Positions 63,430 to 64,000 of a DNA stretch of 64,000 nucleotides are shown here, in pieces. This DNA comes from Anaeramoeba ignava BMAN (taxonomy: Eukaryota; Protista; Anaeramoebae): positions 682,001-746,000 of the forward strand of contig JAPDFW010000125.1 of the NCBI GenBank assembly GCA_028826165.1, written 5' to 3'. Within the stretch, counting starts at the first letter, position 1. The number at the start of each line of letters is the position of its first letter. The translations under genes were made by a program, and so were the position numbers. The notes under the pieces were generated by a model. That model ran no database searches. It was not told the DNA's origin and worked only from the letters and a program-made list of their open reading frames with translations.

Positions 63430-64000
63430 TTATTTCTTCTCATCAAAAACATCAATTCCCCAAAGATCCAAAGGACGAATAAATCTAAAATGTTTATCCA
63501 AATCAGAAATAGCTTTAAACTGTTCATCACTAAGTTTAAGATTAAGAGCATTAAAATTATCAAGTAAATGATTTTTAGAACTGCTTCTTGGGATAACAAT
63601 AACACCACGAATCATGTTCCATTTCAAAACAATTTGAGCAGGAGAAACATTAAGATCTTGAGCCATTTGAAGAATAACAGGATCTTTTAAAAGAACTGGA
63701 TCTTCAGGACGTTTTAAATGGGCGGTTCCCAACGGACTATAAGCAGTAATATTGATACCCTTTGATTTGCAATAAGAAACCAATTCATTCTGTGCAAGAT
63801 AAGGATGGTTCTCAATTTGGTTCATTGCCGGCTTGATTTTTGCCTGGTCAAAAATTTCCTCAATATGTTTTTCAGTGAAATTGGAAACTCCAATTGATTT
63901 GACAAGTCCTTGATCCACAAGTGATTCCATTGCCTTCCAAGTTTCAATCAAAGGAATGTCAACGGTTTTGATTGTTTTGTTGTCTTCTTCCATCGGAGCA
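63430..64000 (-). CDS. Aldo-keto reductase (AKR1-like), 5' part outside window
   Basis: ETWKAMESLVDQGLVKSIGVSNF, KPAMNQIENHPYLAQ, ITAYSPLG, SPAQIVLKW...VIPRS; frame open to the window edge. Confidence 0.93.
   Translation of the reverse strand, partial: APMEEDNKTIKTVDIPLIETWKAMESLVDQGLVKSIGVSNFTEKHIEEIFDQAKIKPAMNQIENHPYLAQNELVSYCKSKGINITAYSPLGTAHLKRPEDPVLLKDPVILQMAQDLNVSPAQIVLKWNMIRGVIVIPRSSSKNHLLDNFNALNLKLSDEQFKAISDLDKHFRFIRPLDLWGIDVFDEKK

Noticed and set aside
1-64000. Inteins, transposases or viral genes
   Set aside because: No Hint/LAGLIDADG, DDE, RT or capsid motifs seen in any ORF or spliced model

Overview
Extremely AT-rich, intron-containing eukaryotic DNA read with the standard code. 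The style (AAAATN hexamer satellites, massive RCC1-BTB/ankyrin-BTB expansion, TCATTT initiator-like motif before ATGs) suggests a metamonad protist such as Anaeramoeba; this is inference only. Positions 1-43.9 kb are a tandem array of 19 intact, intronless RCC1-propeller + tandem-BTB paralogs (called R1-R19 here; 8 on +, 11 on -), interrupted by a divergent SF1/BBP gene and two ankyrin + tandem-BTB genes. The BTB halves are nearly invariant. The propeller loops are hypervariable, aromatic-rich and shuffled as a patchwork, and 7 of 19 paralogs carry a basic tail + CaaX prenylation box that the others lack. Together this looks like a diversified, membrane-toggled substrate-receptor repertoire. 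Positions 43.9-64 kb hold an 8-exon gene, missed by the ORF track, encoding 5 tandem ~143-aa domains, followed by an F-box/LRR gene, TFIIS, GCN5, an IQ/FAM13-like RhoGAP, a ~220-nt structured ncRNA candidate (U4-like features) and a partial aldo-keto reductase. Introns are inflated by intron-specific satellites. All exon models were spliced by hand and need RNA-seq confirmation.
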